Shown in pieces: positions 1 to 12,759 of a stretch of DNA of 64,000 nt. The stretch's first letter is position 1. Every line of letters starts with the position of its first letter. Source of the stretch: Hemiscyllium ocellatum (Eukaryota); the NCBI RefSeq assembly GCF_020745735.1, contig NC_083409.1, positions 13,639,259 through 13,703,258 of the forward strand, read 5' to 3'. Both the position numbers and the translations under genes were made by a program. The notes under the pieces were generated by a model that did not search any database, was not told where the DNA came from, and saw only the letters and a program-made list of their open reading frames with translations.

Positions 1-399
1 CACAGAACTGTTACAGTGCACAAGGAGGCCATTCCATCCATCCTGTCTGGACTAGCTCTCCGAATGAGCAATTCACTGAGTGTCATTCTCCTGCCTTCTC
101 CCTGTCACCCTGCACGTTGTTCCTTTTCAGATAACAGTCTCATTCCCTTCGGAATGTTTCAATTGAAGCTGCCTCCACCACACTCTCAGGCAGTGCATTC
201 CACACCTTAACCACCCACTGGCTGAAAATGTTTTCCCTCATCTCACTTTTCTTACTTTTCCAATTACTTTCAATCTGTGGCCTCTCGGTCTCAATCCTTT
301 CACAAGTGGAATCATTTTCTCCCTATTTACTCTGTTCCAGGCCCCCTCCTGATTTTGAATTTCTGGAACAATTCTCCTCGCTGCCTTCTCCAAAGACTT

Positions 400-600
400 G
401 AAGGTGCCGGTGTTGGACTGGGGTGGACAAAGTTAAAAATCACACAACACCAGGTTATAGTCCAACAGGGGGTTTATTTGGAAGCACCAGCTTTCGGAGC
501 GCCCCTCCTTCATCAAATGGTTGTCAGCGGTGCTCCGAAAGCTAGTGCTTCCACATTAACCTGTTGGACTATAACCTGATGTTGTGTGATCTGTAACTTT
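400..600. mobile_element. Palindromic Penelope-derived short repeat (also ~53660-53860; half copies ~34930-35075, 39350-39450, 42345-42440, 53370-53460)
   Basis: aatcacacaacaccaggttatagtccaacagg...cctgttggactataacctgatgttgtgtgat foldback. Confidence 0.7.
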
Positions 601-1519
601 CTCCAAAGAAGACAGTCCCAGATTCTCCAATCTATCTTCATACTGATATTCCTCATCCCTGGAATGATCTTTGTGCATATGTTTGCCAGCTCTACAAAAC
701 ATTCACCTCCTTCCTGCATTATTCACATTATTTATGTCCCTCATGATTTTATAAACCTCTGTAAGGTCACTCCTCAGCCTCCGGCACTTCAGGGTAAAAG
801 ATCTCAGCTTTTCCAGCCTCTAATGGTCACGGAGTCATACAGCGTGGAAACAGATCTTTCAGTCTAACTTCTCCATGCTAACTAGATATCCAAAACTGAC
901 TTCAGCCCATTTGCCAGCATTTAGCCCACATCCCTCTAAACCCTTCCTATTCATGTACCCATCCAAACATCTTTTAAATGCTATAATTGTATCCGTCTCC
1001 AGCACTTTCTCTGACAGCTCGATCCATACACACACCACCCTCTGTGTGACAAGTTACCCCTCAGGTCCCTTTTGGATCTTTTGCCTCTCATCTTAAACCT
1101 ATACCCTCTAGTTTTGGATTCCCTTTCCCAAGGCAAAGACCTGTGATGTACACCCTGTCCATGCCCGTCATGATTTTATAAACATCTATAAGGCCACCCC
1201 TCAGTCTCCGATCCTGCAGGAAAAATAACCCGTCTATTGAGCCTCTTCCGACAGCTCAAACCCTCCAGTTCCAGGCAACATCCATGTCAATCTTTTCTGC
1301 TGAATTTTAAGTTTAACAGCATCCTTCCTATCACAGGATGATCAGAATTGTTCACGTTATTCCCAAAGTAGCCTCACCAATTTCCTGTACAGCTGCAAAT
1401 GATGTCCCAACTCTGATACTTAGTGCAGTGACCAATAAAGGCAAGTGTACCCAACACCTTCTTCATCTCCCTGTCTCCCTGTGACTCCACTGTCAAGGAA
1501 TAATGCCCCTGCACCTGCC

Positions 1520-1707
1520 NNNNNNNNNNNNNNNNNNNNNNNNNNNNNNNNNNNNNNNNNNNNNNNNNNNNNNNNNNNNNNNNNNNNNNNNNNNNNNNNN
1601 NNNNNNNNNNNNNNNNNNNNNNNNNNNNNNNNNNNNNNNNNNNNNNNNNNNNNNNNNNNNNNNNNNNNNNNNNNNNNNNNNNNNNNNNNNNNNNNNNNNN
1701 NNNNNNN
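1520..1707. other. Assembly gap (188 N)
   Basis: Run of N. Confidence 1.
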
Positions 1708-1907
1708 TGCACCCTGAGGTCACTTTGTTGAGCAACACCCCACAGGGCCCCACCATTAACAGTATAACTCCTGCCCTGGTTTGATTTTCCAAAATGCAAC
1801 ATCTCACATTTATCTAAATTGAACTCCATTTGTCACACGTTTAGATCAGAGCGGTGCTGGAAAAGCACAGCAGGTCAGGCAACATCCAAAGAGCAGGAAA
1901 ATCGACA

Positions 1908-1931
1908 TTTCGGGCAAAAGCCCTTCATCAG
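1908..1931 (-). ncRNA. Minimal hammerhead ribozyme core in a Penelope-derived repeat
   Basis: CTGATGA-A-GGGC-TTTT-GCCC-GAAA. Confidence 0.55.
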
Positions 1932-3479
1932 GATTCCTCTAGCCGAAACATCAATTTTTCTGCTCCTCGGATGCTGCCTGACATGCTGTGCTTTTCCAGC
2001 ACCACTCTGATCTAAACTCTGGTTTCCAGCATCTGCAGTCTGCACTTTTGTCCATTTGCCACACCTCTGCCCATCTCCCCAAATGATCAAGGTCCCACTG
2101 TACTCTCAGATAACCTTCTTCACTATCCACTGTACCACCAATTTTGGTGTCATTTACAAACTCGCCATAATTTCTATATTCACATCCAAATCATTTATTT
2201 AAATGATGAAAAGCCATGGACCCAGCACCAATCCTTGTGGCACACAGCTGACATCTGATCTCCAGTCTCAAAAGCAACCCCTTACCACCACTCTCTGTCT
2301 CCTATCTTGAAGCCATTTTTTTACCCAAATGGCTAGCTCCCCCTGAATCCCATGTGGCCTAACCTTCCTAATCAGTCTATCATGTGGAACCTTGTCAAAT
2401 GCTGAAGTCTATATAGACAGTGTCTACTGTTCTGCCTACCCCAATCTTCTCTTCAAACAACCTCAATCACATTAGTGAGACACGATTACCATGCACAAAA
2501 CTGCATTGATTGTCCAAATGCATGTAAATCCTGTTCCTCAGAATTCACTCCAATAATTTACCCAGCAATGACATCAGTCCCACTGGTTTATAGTTCCCTG
2601 GCTTTTCCTTAAACAATGGCTAACATTAGCCAACCTCTCTGGTTCTCCAGAACCTCACTCGTGGCTGTCAATCAGAAACATACCTCAGCAAGGGGTCCAG
2701 CAATCTCTTTCCTAGCTTTCCACAATGTCCTGGGATACACCTGGAGATTTATCTACCATCTTGCACTTTAAGAAATCCTCTTCTGTAATGTCTTTCTCCA
2801 TGATAAATACTGACCTGGAATATTCATTTAAGACCTAAACCATTTCCTGTGGATCCACCCAGAGGTACATTGTTCATCTTCATGGGGCCCTATTCTCTCT
2901 CTAGTTACTCTTTTGCCCTTTTCTTATTTACCATAATTCTACCACTTTTGCCCTTGAGTAAGTTCAGGAATTGTTTGCCCTCCTTCAAATGTATCTCGAC
3001 TATACCTGGTCCACATCCTCTACTATTCTTTTCAGGATTTTCCTGCCAACCTTTGATCCCACTTTATTCAGATCCGTTACATCCATATCCTACAGAAGCT
3101 GGCATTTTCCCCAGTGAAGATGTTTGACCCTGAAAAGGCCTTTGTTCTTTTCTACCGTCACCCTCAACTCTGTGATACAATGATCACTCTTCCTTAAGTG
3201 TCCTCTCACTGACACTTGATCCACTTGGGCCTCCTCATTCCCAAGATCCAGATCTAGCAGAACCTCCTTTCTCATTGGACTGGAAACCTGCGGCTGGAGA
3301 AAATTCACATGAACACACTCTCACGACCCTGGCCCCTCTCTGTCCTTCACACTGCTACTACCCCAGTCTATATTCAGAAATTAAAGACATTCCCCCCCCC
3401 CCCCCCCCCACCCCATTTATAATGACTATTACATTTGCAGGTCTCTGTAAATTCCTTGCAAATGTATCCCTCTAAATCT

Positions 3480-4510
3480 CTCCCACTGGCTGGTGACTTA
3501 TTGACTGCACTGATGATTCTGTGGACCTTGGTGTTCCTCTCTGACAGTCCCTCCTGACTCCCACAGCCCTGTCAAGTTAGTTTAAACCCTCTCCAACAGA
3601 ACGAGTAGATCACCTCAAAGGAGCTCAGTGTCAGCTCTGTTCAGGAGCAACGCTGTCTGGTCTATCCAGGTCCCATCTCCCCCAGACCCAGTCCCGATGT
3701 CACAAGAATCTAAAACCCTCCCTCCTGGATCCTCTTCCCAGCCCCACAGTCACTTGTGTTATCCTCCTGCTCCTCTTCTCACTTGCCTGGGGCACTGGGA
3801 GTAATCTGAAGATTCCTAATTTTGAGTTCCTGATGTTAATTCCCTTCTGAGCTCCCTAAATTCTGACAGCAGGACTACATCCCTTTCCTCCCTCTGTCAT
3901 TGGGACCGATGTGGACCACGACTGCTGCCTGTTCCCCCTCTCCCCTCAGGGTGCTCTGCAGTCGCTCAGTGACATCCTTCACCCTGGCACCAGGGAGACA
4001 ACACACCATCCTGGATTCTCATCTGCAGCTGCAGAAATACCTATCGATGCCCTCACTCTCGAATCTCCTCTCACTATCACTCTTCCAGTCTTCCTAATAC
4101 CCCCCTCCCCCCAATACAGCTGAGCCACCAGTGGTGCCATGGGTTTGGCTCTGGATGCACTCCCCAGATGAACCATCATTCTCATCAGGATTCCAAACTG
4201 AATCCTGTTTGGAGAGTGGGATACACTCAGGGGATTCCTGAACTAGCTGCCTGGTCCTTTTGGACTGTCTGCTGCTCCCCCATTCCCTCTCTCCCTGCAT
4301 ACTCTGAAGCTGCAGAGTGACCACATCTAGAAACGTGCTCTCCACAGAGCTCTCAGCCTCACGGACGCTCCGCACTGACACCAGCTGCTGCTCAAGCTCC
4401 GAAATCCGGAGCTCCAACTGCTGTCACTGACCACACTTCCTGCACTCATGGTATTCCAGGAACTGGGAAGCATTCTGAAATTCCCACATGGATGCACACT
4501 TTCTCCACTC
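3480..4510 (-). mobile_element. CR1 ORF1 (esterase-type) fragment
   Basis: ELRISELEQQL and IVRGDS...CCLPGARVKD motifs; paralog at ~60770-61800 (+). Confidence 0.8.
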
Positions 4511-4609
4511 TTTGGTTGTCTCTGGGCAAAGTTCTAATGACAAACAGCTCCAGCAGGGCTCACAGTCCAGTGGGTTCAAGTGTTCCAGGGTTTTGGGAAA
4601 ACTCTCCAG

Positions 4610-7500
4610 AAGTCTTTAAGAAATAGGAGCAGAAATCAGCCAATCAGCCCATTGAATCTGCTCTGCCATTTGATCTTGGCAGATATGCTTCTCACCCCCA
4701 TTCTCCTGCCTACTCCACAGGAACGTTCCATCCCCTCAACAATCATGAACCTATCTATCTCTGTCTTAAATACACTCAGTGACTTGGCCTCCCCTGCCCT
4801 CTGTAACAATGATTCCACAGATTCCCCACCCTCTGGCTGAAGAAAGTCCTCCTCATCTCAGCTCGAAAGGGTCGGCCCTTCATTCTGAGGCTGTGCCTTG
4901 GTTACCGAATCTCTCCTGTTTTTGGAAACATCTTCTCTGCATCCACTCTACGCATGTCTATCAGTATTCTGTAAATTTCAATAAAGTCCCTCATCCTTCT
5001 AAACTCCAGTAAGTACAGACCCAGAGTCCTCAACCACGCCTCATATGACAAGCCTTTCATCCCCAGGATCATTCTTGTAAACCCCTTCAATGCCAGCACA
5101 TTGTTTCTTAGAATATGGGTCCCAAATCTGCTCACAATATTCCAAATGCAGTCTGACCAGAGCTTTATACAGCCTCAGCAGTACATCTCTGCCCTTGTAT
5201 TCTGGCCCCATTGAAATGAATGCGAACATTTCATTTGCCTTCCCAAGCACAAACTGGACCTGCCTGTTAAACTGAAGGGAAACCTGAATGTGGTTTGTGC
5301 TTTAGATTTCCAAAGGCTTTTCTCATTTAGAAAACAGTCTTTGCATCTGTTCTTCCTCCCAAAGTGCATACCCTCACACTGTCACACATTGTATTCTATC
5401 TGCCAACTCTTTGCCCACTCTCCGAGCCTATCCAGGAGCTTTTACAGCCTTCCCACTTCCTCAACACTACCTGTCCCTCCACCTATCTCATGTCACCTGC
5501 AAACTTAGCAACAATGTCTTCACTTCCTTCATCCAGATTGATCATGTATAACGTGAATAGTTATGGTCCTAACATTGACACCTGCAGAACTCTACTCGTC
5601 ACCAGCGGCCATTGTTCCTCATGCTCTGCTTTATGCCAACCTGCCAGTCCTCAATCCATGCCAGTACATTGCCCCTAACACTGTGGGCGCTTATCTTATG
5701 TCAAATGCCTTCTGGAAATCCAAAAAGATTACTTCCTCGGAGTCTCTTTTGTCTGATTGGTTCATTGCCTCCTCAAAGAATTCTAATAGATTTGCCAGGC
5801 ATGACGTCTCCTTGATGAAGCCATTGCACTTCCAAGTCCTCTGCAATTTCATCCTTAAATTGAAGTCTAAAACCTTACCAACAACTGAGTCCTGGCTAAC
5901 TGGCCTACAATGTCCCATCTTCTACCTCCCTCCATTCTTAAACAGGGGTGGTATGTGAGCCATTTTCCTGTCCCTTGCCCCTACCAAATCCGTCCCCACC
6001 CCACCTCCACACCCTGACTCCATTGATTCCTGAAAGATCATCACCAATGCCTCCACAATCTCCTCAGTGATCTCCTTCAGAACACACTGGTGTAGTTCAT
6101 CCAGTCTGGGTGAGTTATCCACATTCAGACCTTCCAGCTTCCCCAGTACCGCCTCCTTAGTGATGGCCACTGCACTCCCCTCCAACCCCTGACAGTCTTG
6201 AATTACTGGTACACTGCTGGTGTTTTCCATGGTGCAGACTGATGCAAAGTATCTATTCAATTCCTCTGCTATTCCTAATTTTCCTGTTATTCTTTCTCCA
6301 GCCTCACTTTCCAGTGATCCATAATCTATTTTTGACTCCCTCTTCCTTTTTATACACCTGATAAAACTCCTGCAATCTTCTTTTATATGACTGGCTAGAT
6401 AACTCCCACATTTCACATTCTCCACCCTTAATGCTTTTTCAGTTATCCCCTGCAGGTTTTTAAAGGCTTCCTAATCCTCCGGCTTCCCACTATTCTCCAC
6501 CATATTGTATGCCTTTTCTTTTGCTTCTATGCTGTCCTTGACCTCCCCCATCAGCCATGGTTGCCTTGTCCTCCCCTTGGTATGTTTCTTCTTTTTTGGG
6601 ATGAGTTCCTGCTCTGCTTCCTGAATTACCCCCAGAAACTCTGCTGTTTGCTGCCCCACCATCTTACCTGCTCGGCTCCCCTTCCAACCAACTCTGGCCA
6701 GCTCCTTCCTCATGTCTTTGGAGTTACCTTTACTCAACTGAAATACTGTTCCATCTGATTGCAGCTTCTCCCTCTCTCAAACTACAGGGGGAATTCGATC
6801 ATATTATGGTCATTTATCCACAGGGATACTTTTATCTTAAACTCACTCATCATGTTTGCCTCAATATACATCACTGAATCCAGACCTGCCTGTTCCATCA
6901 TGGCTCAACCACAAGCTGCTCCAAAATCCATCTCATAGATATTCCATGAAACCTTTCCTTGAGATACACTACCCAGTCCACATATCCATTGAAGTCTGCC
7001 CTGATATTTTCTGTCTCCTGACTGATTTCCTTCCCCACACCCTGATTACTGCTTGGAGATCTGGACATAACTTGCATCAGATTCTTTATTTATTGCAGTT
7101 CCTCAGCTCTACCCACACAGATACTACACCTTCTAACTCTACATCACTTCTTGCTATTGATTTAATTTCATTTCTCACTAACAAGGCAACTCTTCCCCCT
7201 CTGCCTGTCTGCCCGTCCTTTTGATAGGACATGTATCCTTGGATATTTAGTTCCCAGCCCGGATCCCCTTACAGCCATGTCTCTGTGATACCCACAACAT
7301 CGTACCTGCCAGTTTCAATCTGCACTACAAGCTCATTGTGTATCCTGTGTGCATTTAAGTACAACACCCTCAGTCCTGCATTGACTGCCCTCATTCCCAT
7401 CATTGTCCCCTTATCTGCTGTGCTTTACGTTCAATTCCGGATCCTTTCTGTACTCACTGTCCTTTTACATCTTCTAGAAACTTGAATAACCTTTCCTGAG
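4610..7500 (-). mobile_element. CR1 ORF2 (APE + RT) degenerate
   Basis: LYKALVRLHLEYCEQIW, IFLDFQKAFD, AEELNRYFASV; paralog at ~58560-60680 (+). Confidence 0.85.
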
Positions 7501-7994
7501 CCCTCCTCCACTTTAACTAGCTTAAATTCCTTAGAAACTCAATTTACCTCAATGTGTGGCATCACTATTACTCCCTTACTCGGAATGCTTTGTGCATTTA
7601 GATACAACCTCTTTAAGTTTGTACTATTATTGATTTTCCCTGCACTTTCATGGTTCCTTTGATGATCAAAACTTCCATCCCTTTTATTTTCTGGTAACAA
7701 TCAATCCCATCACTAACCAGCAATCCTACCTTCTCCTTTACCTTCCATTTTCTCATTTTCCATCCAACTGAACCAAATTCCTTTCTCTTTAGGTTGAGTT
7801 CAGGACAATATTTATCGTTGAGCCAACATCATTATTGCTCTTTAAGCTCATTGCTTCTAGTGGGATCTTGCTGTGCAGAAACTGGCTGCTACGTTACTGA
7901 CATTGCAACAGTGACTGCTTGTCAAACAAAACTGTCTGTAAATGTTTTTGAGAGAGCCTGAAGTGTTAAGGGCTGGATTGAAATAAAATTAGAG

Positions 7995-8670
7995 TCAGAG
8001 AAATGGACAGCACAGAAACAGACCCTTTGGTCCAACTCGTTCATGCTGACCAAATATCCAAAATTAATCCAGTCCCATTTGCCAGCATTTGACCCATATC
8101 CCTCTAAACTCTTCCTATTAATATACCCATGCCTTTTAAATGTTGTAATTGTCCCAACCTTCACCACCTCCTCTGGCAGCTCATTCCATACATTTAACAC
8201 CCTCTGAATGAAAACGTTGTTCCTTAGGTCCCTTTTAAATCTTTCCCCTGTCACCTTCAGCCTATGCCCTCCAGTTCTGGACTCCCCCACTCTGGAGAAA
8301 AAATCTTCTCTATTCACCCTATCTATGCCGCTGATGATTTTATAAACCTCTATACGGTCACCCATCAACCTGCAATGATCCAGGGAAAACAGCCTCAGCC
8401 TATTCAGCCTCTCCCTTTTGCTCAAACCCTCCGACCTTGGCAACATCATTGTAAATCTTTTCTGAACCATTTTAAGATTCACAACATTTTTCCTGTAGCA
8501 GGGAGACCAGAATTGCACACAGTATTCCAAAAGTGCCCTAACCAATGTCCTGTACAGCCGCAACAGCTCCCAACTCCAATAACCATTGCACTGACCAATA
8601 AAGGAAAGCAAACCAAATGACTTTGTCACTACCCTACCTACCTGCAACTTCATCTTCAAGGAACTATTCT
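7995..8670 (-). mobile_element. CR1 3' fragment
   Basis: LYRTLVRALLEYCVQFWSP; paralog at ~57255-58020 (+). Confidence 0.85.
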
Positions 8671-8704
8671 TCATTTTTTGAATGAACTGAGAGTCTTTCA
8701 GTTG

Positions 8705-8935
8705 TGAAAGATGCCATTCCATGGCACTATTGGATGAAGAGCAGGCAGTTTCCCCTGGTGTCCCTGGTCAATATTTATCCCCCAGTCAAAATCACTCAGA
8801 ATGTATTTCTCTGCTAATTATCACATGGGGTTTGGGATCTCGCTGTGCACAATCTGCTGGAAAGATCCATTGGAACATCCTGAGCTGGGGGCAGGTGCTA
8901 CACAAATGCAAGTCTTTCTTTAAGGGTTGGAGTCT
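8705..8935 (+). mobile_element. Deu-domain SINE fragment (also ~7800-7970, 15210-15320, 23885-24030, 32200-32310, 58080-58210)
   Basis: gtgggatcttgctgtgc...ttacaacagtgact core resembling the AmnSINE1/DeuSINE central domain. Confidence 0.6.
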
Positions 8936-9189
8936 CCTGATCCGGATCCTCATCCATTGTCTGCGCACTCTCACCTTCCGGGGTCATGAGGTCATTAGGA
9001 GCAGTGACCCTGTCTGACCCTAGGACACTGAGACTATTTGCAGCCTCACTCTTGACCTCAGCCCAATAGTGTGCAGCAAGGTTTGAAATATAATCTAGAA
9101 CCTTCATCACAGACACCCCAACGTGACTCTTTCCCGAAGTGTGTGGATCCGAGTCTGCTCCAATGTTCTCGGACAAAGTTCTCCTGATC

Positions 9190-9690
9190 TGTGGGTGATC
9201 GGAGGTTTGTTAAAGAGATATCGAGCTCCATCCCACTTTCCAGCTCTTGCTCCATAGCTCTGGAGGTTTCGCTGTTTCAAGTGAATATCTAAGTGTTTTT
9301 TCAATGTGATGAGGGTTTCTGCCTCTCCCACTCTTTCAGACAGTGAGTCCCACATCCCACCAACCTCTGGGTGAAAACAAATACCCTCAACTCCCCTCTA
9401 ATCCTGCCCCCAACTGATTTCAATCTCTCCCCATGGTTATTGCCCTCTGTGCTGGTGGAAATCAGTCCTTCCTACACACTCTATCCAAGTCCCTCATCAT
9501 GTTACACACCACCATCAAATCTTCCCTCAGCCTCCTGCGATCCAATGAAAACATTCCCAGCCAATCCAATCATTCCTCAAAGCTCAAAGTCCCCATTCCA
9601 GATAAACTCTTCCTCTGTCCTGTAATGTGGTGACTAGAACCGTACACAGTTCTCTCACTGTGCTCTAACTGGGGTTTTATACAGTTCCAG
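9190..9690 (-). mobile_element. CR1 3' fragment
   Basis: VWDSLSERVGEAETLITLKKHLD. Confidence 0.7.
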
Positions 9691-9734
9691 AATAAACAAA
9701 CACCTTGCTTTCACAGTCAACCAAAAATGAGATA

Positions 9735-10070
9735 AGGGAGGTGATGGTCTAATGGTGTTATTGCTGAGCTGTTAATCCAGAGATCCAGGTAATGTTCTGG
9801 GGACCAGGGTTAGAATCCAGCAGATGGTGGCATTCAAATTCAATCAAGAAAATCTGCAATTAAGAGAGTAATGATGACCATGAAACCATTGTTGATTGTC
9901 AGGAAAAAGCATCTGATTCCCTAATGTCCTTTAGGGAAGGAAACTACCATCCTTACCATGTGACCCCAGACCCACAGCAATGTGGGTGACTCTAAACTGC
10001 CCTCTGGGTGATTAGAGATGGGAAATAGATGCTGCCGATCCAGCAATGCCCTCATTCCATCAAGGGAAAA
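9735..10070 (+). mobile_element. Second tRNA-derived SINE family (also ~48670-48980 +, 56810-57105 -, fragments 38570-38680, 46240-46480)
   Basis: gatgaccatgaaaccattgttgattgtcaggaaaa...tttagggaaggaaact...aataaatgctgg. Confidence 0.75.
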
Positions 10071-10224
10071 GGAAAAACAGTTTCTCCCATGTGTCTTCTG
10101 AACCACCTCACTGACCTGCATTCATTAATCACCATGGCCACATCTTCCACCTCCACACACATCTGACTTCCAGCTTCAAACTGACGAGAGACATTCCTTC
10201 ATTATCTGAGAAACAGATCGAAAA

Positions 10225-10980
10225 ATCAAACACAGGAGCAGCAGTAGGCCATTCGGCCCTTCAGGCCTGCTCCACCATTCAGTATGATCATGGCTGATCA
10301 TCCAACACAGTCCCCTGTTATGCTTTCTCCCCACATTCTTTGATCCCTTTAATCCTAAGAACTATATCTAATTCCTTCTTTAATACACATTGCATCTAAT
10401 TCCCTTTTGCTGGAAAAATGGATGACAATTATTGGGTTGTTGTCTGTTGACCAGTATGGACGCAATTGGCTGATGAGCCTTTTCGGTCTCTATGAATCTT
10501 TGACCCTATTATTATATATTATGAATAACTGGGTACCAAGGACTGACCCCTGTGACACCCTAAGTTGTAATTACCTGCCATTCAGAAAAAGACTCCTTCT
10601 TTCTGTGCTGTCGGCCAACCAGTACCCAATCCATGTCAGGACATGGCCCCAATCCTCTTGTTCATTTGGTCTAGATCTGGAAGTCCCACCTTTACTCTTT
10701 GTAGGAACAGATTCTGAATGATCTCTGACTCGTCCATCGAGGGCTCCCACTGCCCTGACACTGATTTCCCATCATGTCACTGCTTCCAGTCCACTTTTAC
10801 CAAAGCACCACACAGTTTAGTTAAATGAAAACTTTTACACTTACTGCACTTCCATCCATAGTCTCATTCTCACTGAGTTTTGAGCACTGTCGCTGAAATG
10901 CTCCCCCAGTGATAACCCTTCCAGTTGCTCACAGTCATTCCATAAACAATGGTCTAAAACTGTCCCTTTTTCTCAGCTGC
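10225..10980 (-). mobile_element. CR1 fragments
   Basis: CR1 3' tail (gaatggccgaatggcctactgctcctg-like) plus RT remnant. Confidence 0.6.
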
Positions 10981-11203
10981 TTCACCATCACCTTCTCAGG
11001 GGCAATTAGGGATGGGCAATAAATGCTGGCCCTGCCAGTGACCCTCACATTCCCAAGAGACAATTTGAACAATGCCTGTTCATTTGTCAGGTTTATTCTG
11101 TATTGACCAAAAATGTTCAAAAAGATTGTATTGCCAGTGAATATTGTGAAGGTTGAATTCCCTTCGAATGACAGGGATTAAAATTGCTCCTCTTATCTTT
11201 CAG

Positions 11204-11532
11204 GCCGTGACAACTCTCAGCCCAAGCTGACCCTGCTGCCTCCCTCCCTGGAGCAGGTCAATGCCAAGGGCACTGCCACCCTGGTGTGCCTTGCCAATCA
11301 CTTCTATCCCGATGAGCTGGAGGTGCAGTGGAAGAAGGACGGTGCAGTCATTTCGGACGGGGTTCAGACCAGCAACTACCTGCGAGCTTCGGACAGCACC
11401 TACAGTGTCAGCAGCCTGCTGACCCTCTCTGGGTCTGACTGGGAGTCCAACGCTCGCTTCTCCTGTGCCCTCACCCACGTGACCCTCCCCTCTCCCCTCA
11501 GCAAGAGCATCAGGAGATCAGAATGTGTGTAG
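11204..11532 (+). CDS. IGKC: Ig kappa-type (NS4/type III-like) light-chain constant exon C1, intact
   Basis: Acceptor tcttatctttcag|gc. Translation (x)RDNSQPKLTLLPPSLEQVNAKGTATLVCLANHFYPDELEVQWKKDG...FSCALTHVTLPSPLSKSIRRSECV*: C1-set Cys-Trp-Cys, terminal ECV, 329 bp with phase-1 start. Matches my recollection of nurse shark NS4 C. Confidence 0.95.
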
Positions 11533-12061
11533 AGTGTTGGAGACAGTCCACAGAGGAGACACAACTTTAAATAGAACAGGGCTGAGCTGGCAGGACAAAG
11601 GTCATTGTCAGCACTGAATTTCAACTCTCTTCCTTCTCAGGACTGCTCAGGGAACCTTCTGAGGTTTGGATGTTAAAGCAGGTCATTGTGACAGTGTCAA
11701 GAGAGCTTTACGCTGTGTCAAACTCCATGCTGTACCTTGTCCTGGGAGTGTTTGATGGGGACATGGTTGACTTGTGATGCCAAGTAAAATCTCTTGAAGT
11801 TGCTGAAGACTGTCAGCTGTACAAAACAATGTGAACCTCAGAATTCTCTGCTTCAGTAAACCAGATCTTCTTCCTGCTCAGCCGCCAGTTCCAATTTAAG
11901 GTTTGGTCACTGTTTAAAGGGACAGGATTATCGTGTTATTGAGAAAATCTCCACAAGTGTTTTTCTCAAGCTCCAATGTGGCTGTGAATTTGTGCAGCTT
12001 CCTCTATCTGGGCTGTTAATTGCAGTTGTTTTTTTTCTGTCAATGTAAATCTGGAAAAGGG

Positions 12062-12067
12062 AATAAA
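12062..12067 (+). terminator. polyA signal of C1
   Basis: AATAAA 530 nt after the stop, followed by a GT-rich tract; conserved in all four units. Confidence 0.7.
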
Positions 12068-12119
12068 GGTGAAGATTCAGTCTCTGTCTGGTGTATGCTT
12101 TGGAAATAGATGACCTCCC

Positions 12120-12215
12120 CCACACCTCAGTTGATTGGCTGCATTTCAGCAGGTCATTGTCAAGATTGGCTGGTTGGCCTGTCAATCAATTACAATCATC
12201 AATCATTAATCATTC
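12120..12215. promoter_or_regulatory. CCAAT-box cluster just past the polyA site (paralogs ~35640-35765, ~55655-55780)
   Basis: Several GATTGGCT/AGCCAAT motifs per copy; GC box gggggcggtg in the C3 copy. Confidence 0.4.
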
Positions 12216-12419
12216 CAAAAAGAACAGAAACTGAAAGCTGTTAGGACTCAATAAGTACAATCTGATGCATTCCCTCTTCACTTTGTTGGTCCAGGCCCAG
12301 CTGATGGGATCGTACTGTGCAATCTCTGCTACATGTTGGTAAGCTGCTGAAACAATCTCCTGCCATTCACCAACATTGTCGGCCTTATGTGTCTCTCTGA
12401 GCGTGATTGTTTAATTTAA

Positions 12420-12680
12420 TGTTGCCTGTAGGTCTCTGAGTGTGGGTGTGTTACTCAGTGAGACACCCACAGACAGCACTGAGCAACAACACCCACATTC
12501 GGAGACTCCTGCAGGCAGCATGGAGTGTGAGCAGTGCTGCTCTCTCTCAGTGTGAGTGCGTTACTTAGTGCAGCCTGTAGGTGTCTCTCTCAGTGTGAGT
12601 GTGTTACTTAGTGCTGCCTGTAGGTGTCTCTCTCAGTGTGAGTGTGTTACTCTGTGCTGCCTGTAGGTGTCTCTCCGAGG
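12420..12680. repeat. 43-bp tandem repeat (gcctgtaggtgtctctctcagtgtgagtgtgttacttagtgct)
   Basis: Unit starts at 12573, 12616, 12659; related copies at ~35190-35270 and ~53570-54060 (minus). Confidence 0.85.
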
Positions 12681-12759
12681 TCTGTGTCTCCGAGCGATAG
12701 ATTGAGAATGGGCTTTGTGCTGGGGATTGAAGATTAGGCTTTAATTTTCTCAAATCATG

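Larger units (their letters stand above)
600..3400 (-). mobile_element. Nested CR1 LINE ORF2/3' fragments
   Basis: MEFNLDKCEMLHFGKSN and other CR1 RT C-terminal motifs; interrupted by the gap and a short repeat. Confidence 0.75.

Noticed and set aside
7922-8722. 266-aa and similar long ORFs (e.g. 40343-40972) as host genes
   Set aside because: CR1 reverse-transcriptase C-terminal fragments.
9816-9831. Near-CTCF motif ccagcagatggtgg
   Set aside because: Lies inside a SINE, mismatches a key position and is altered in the paralog.
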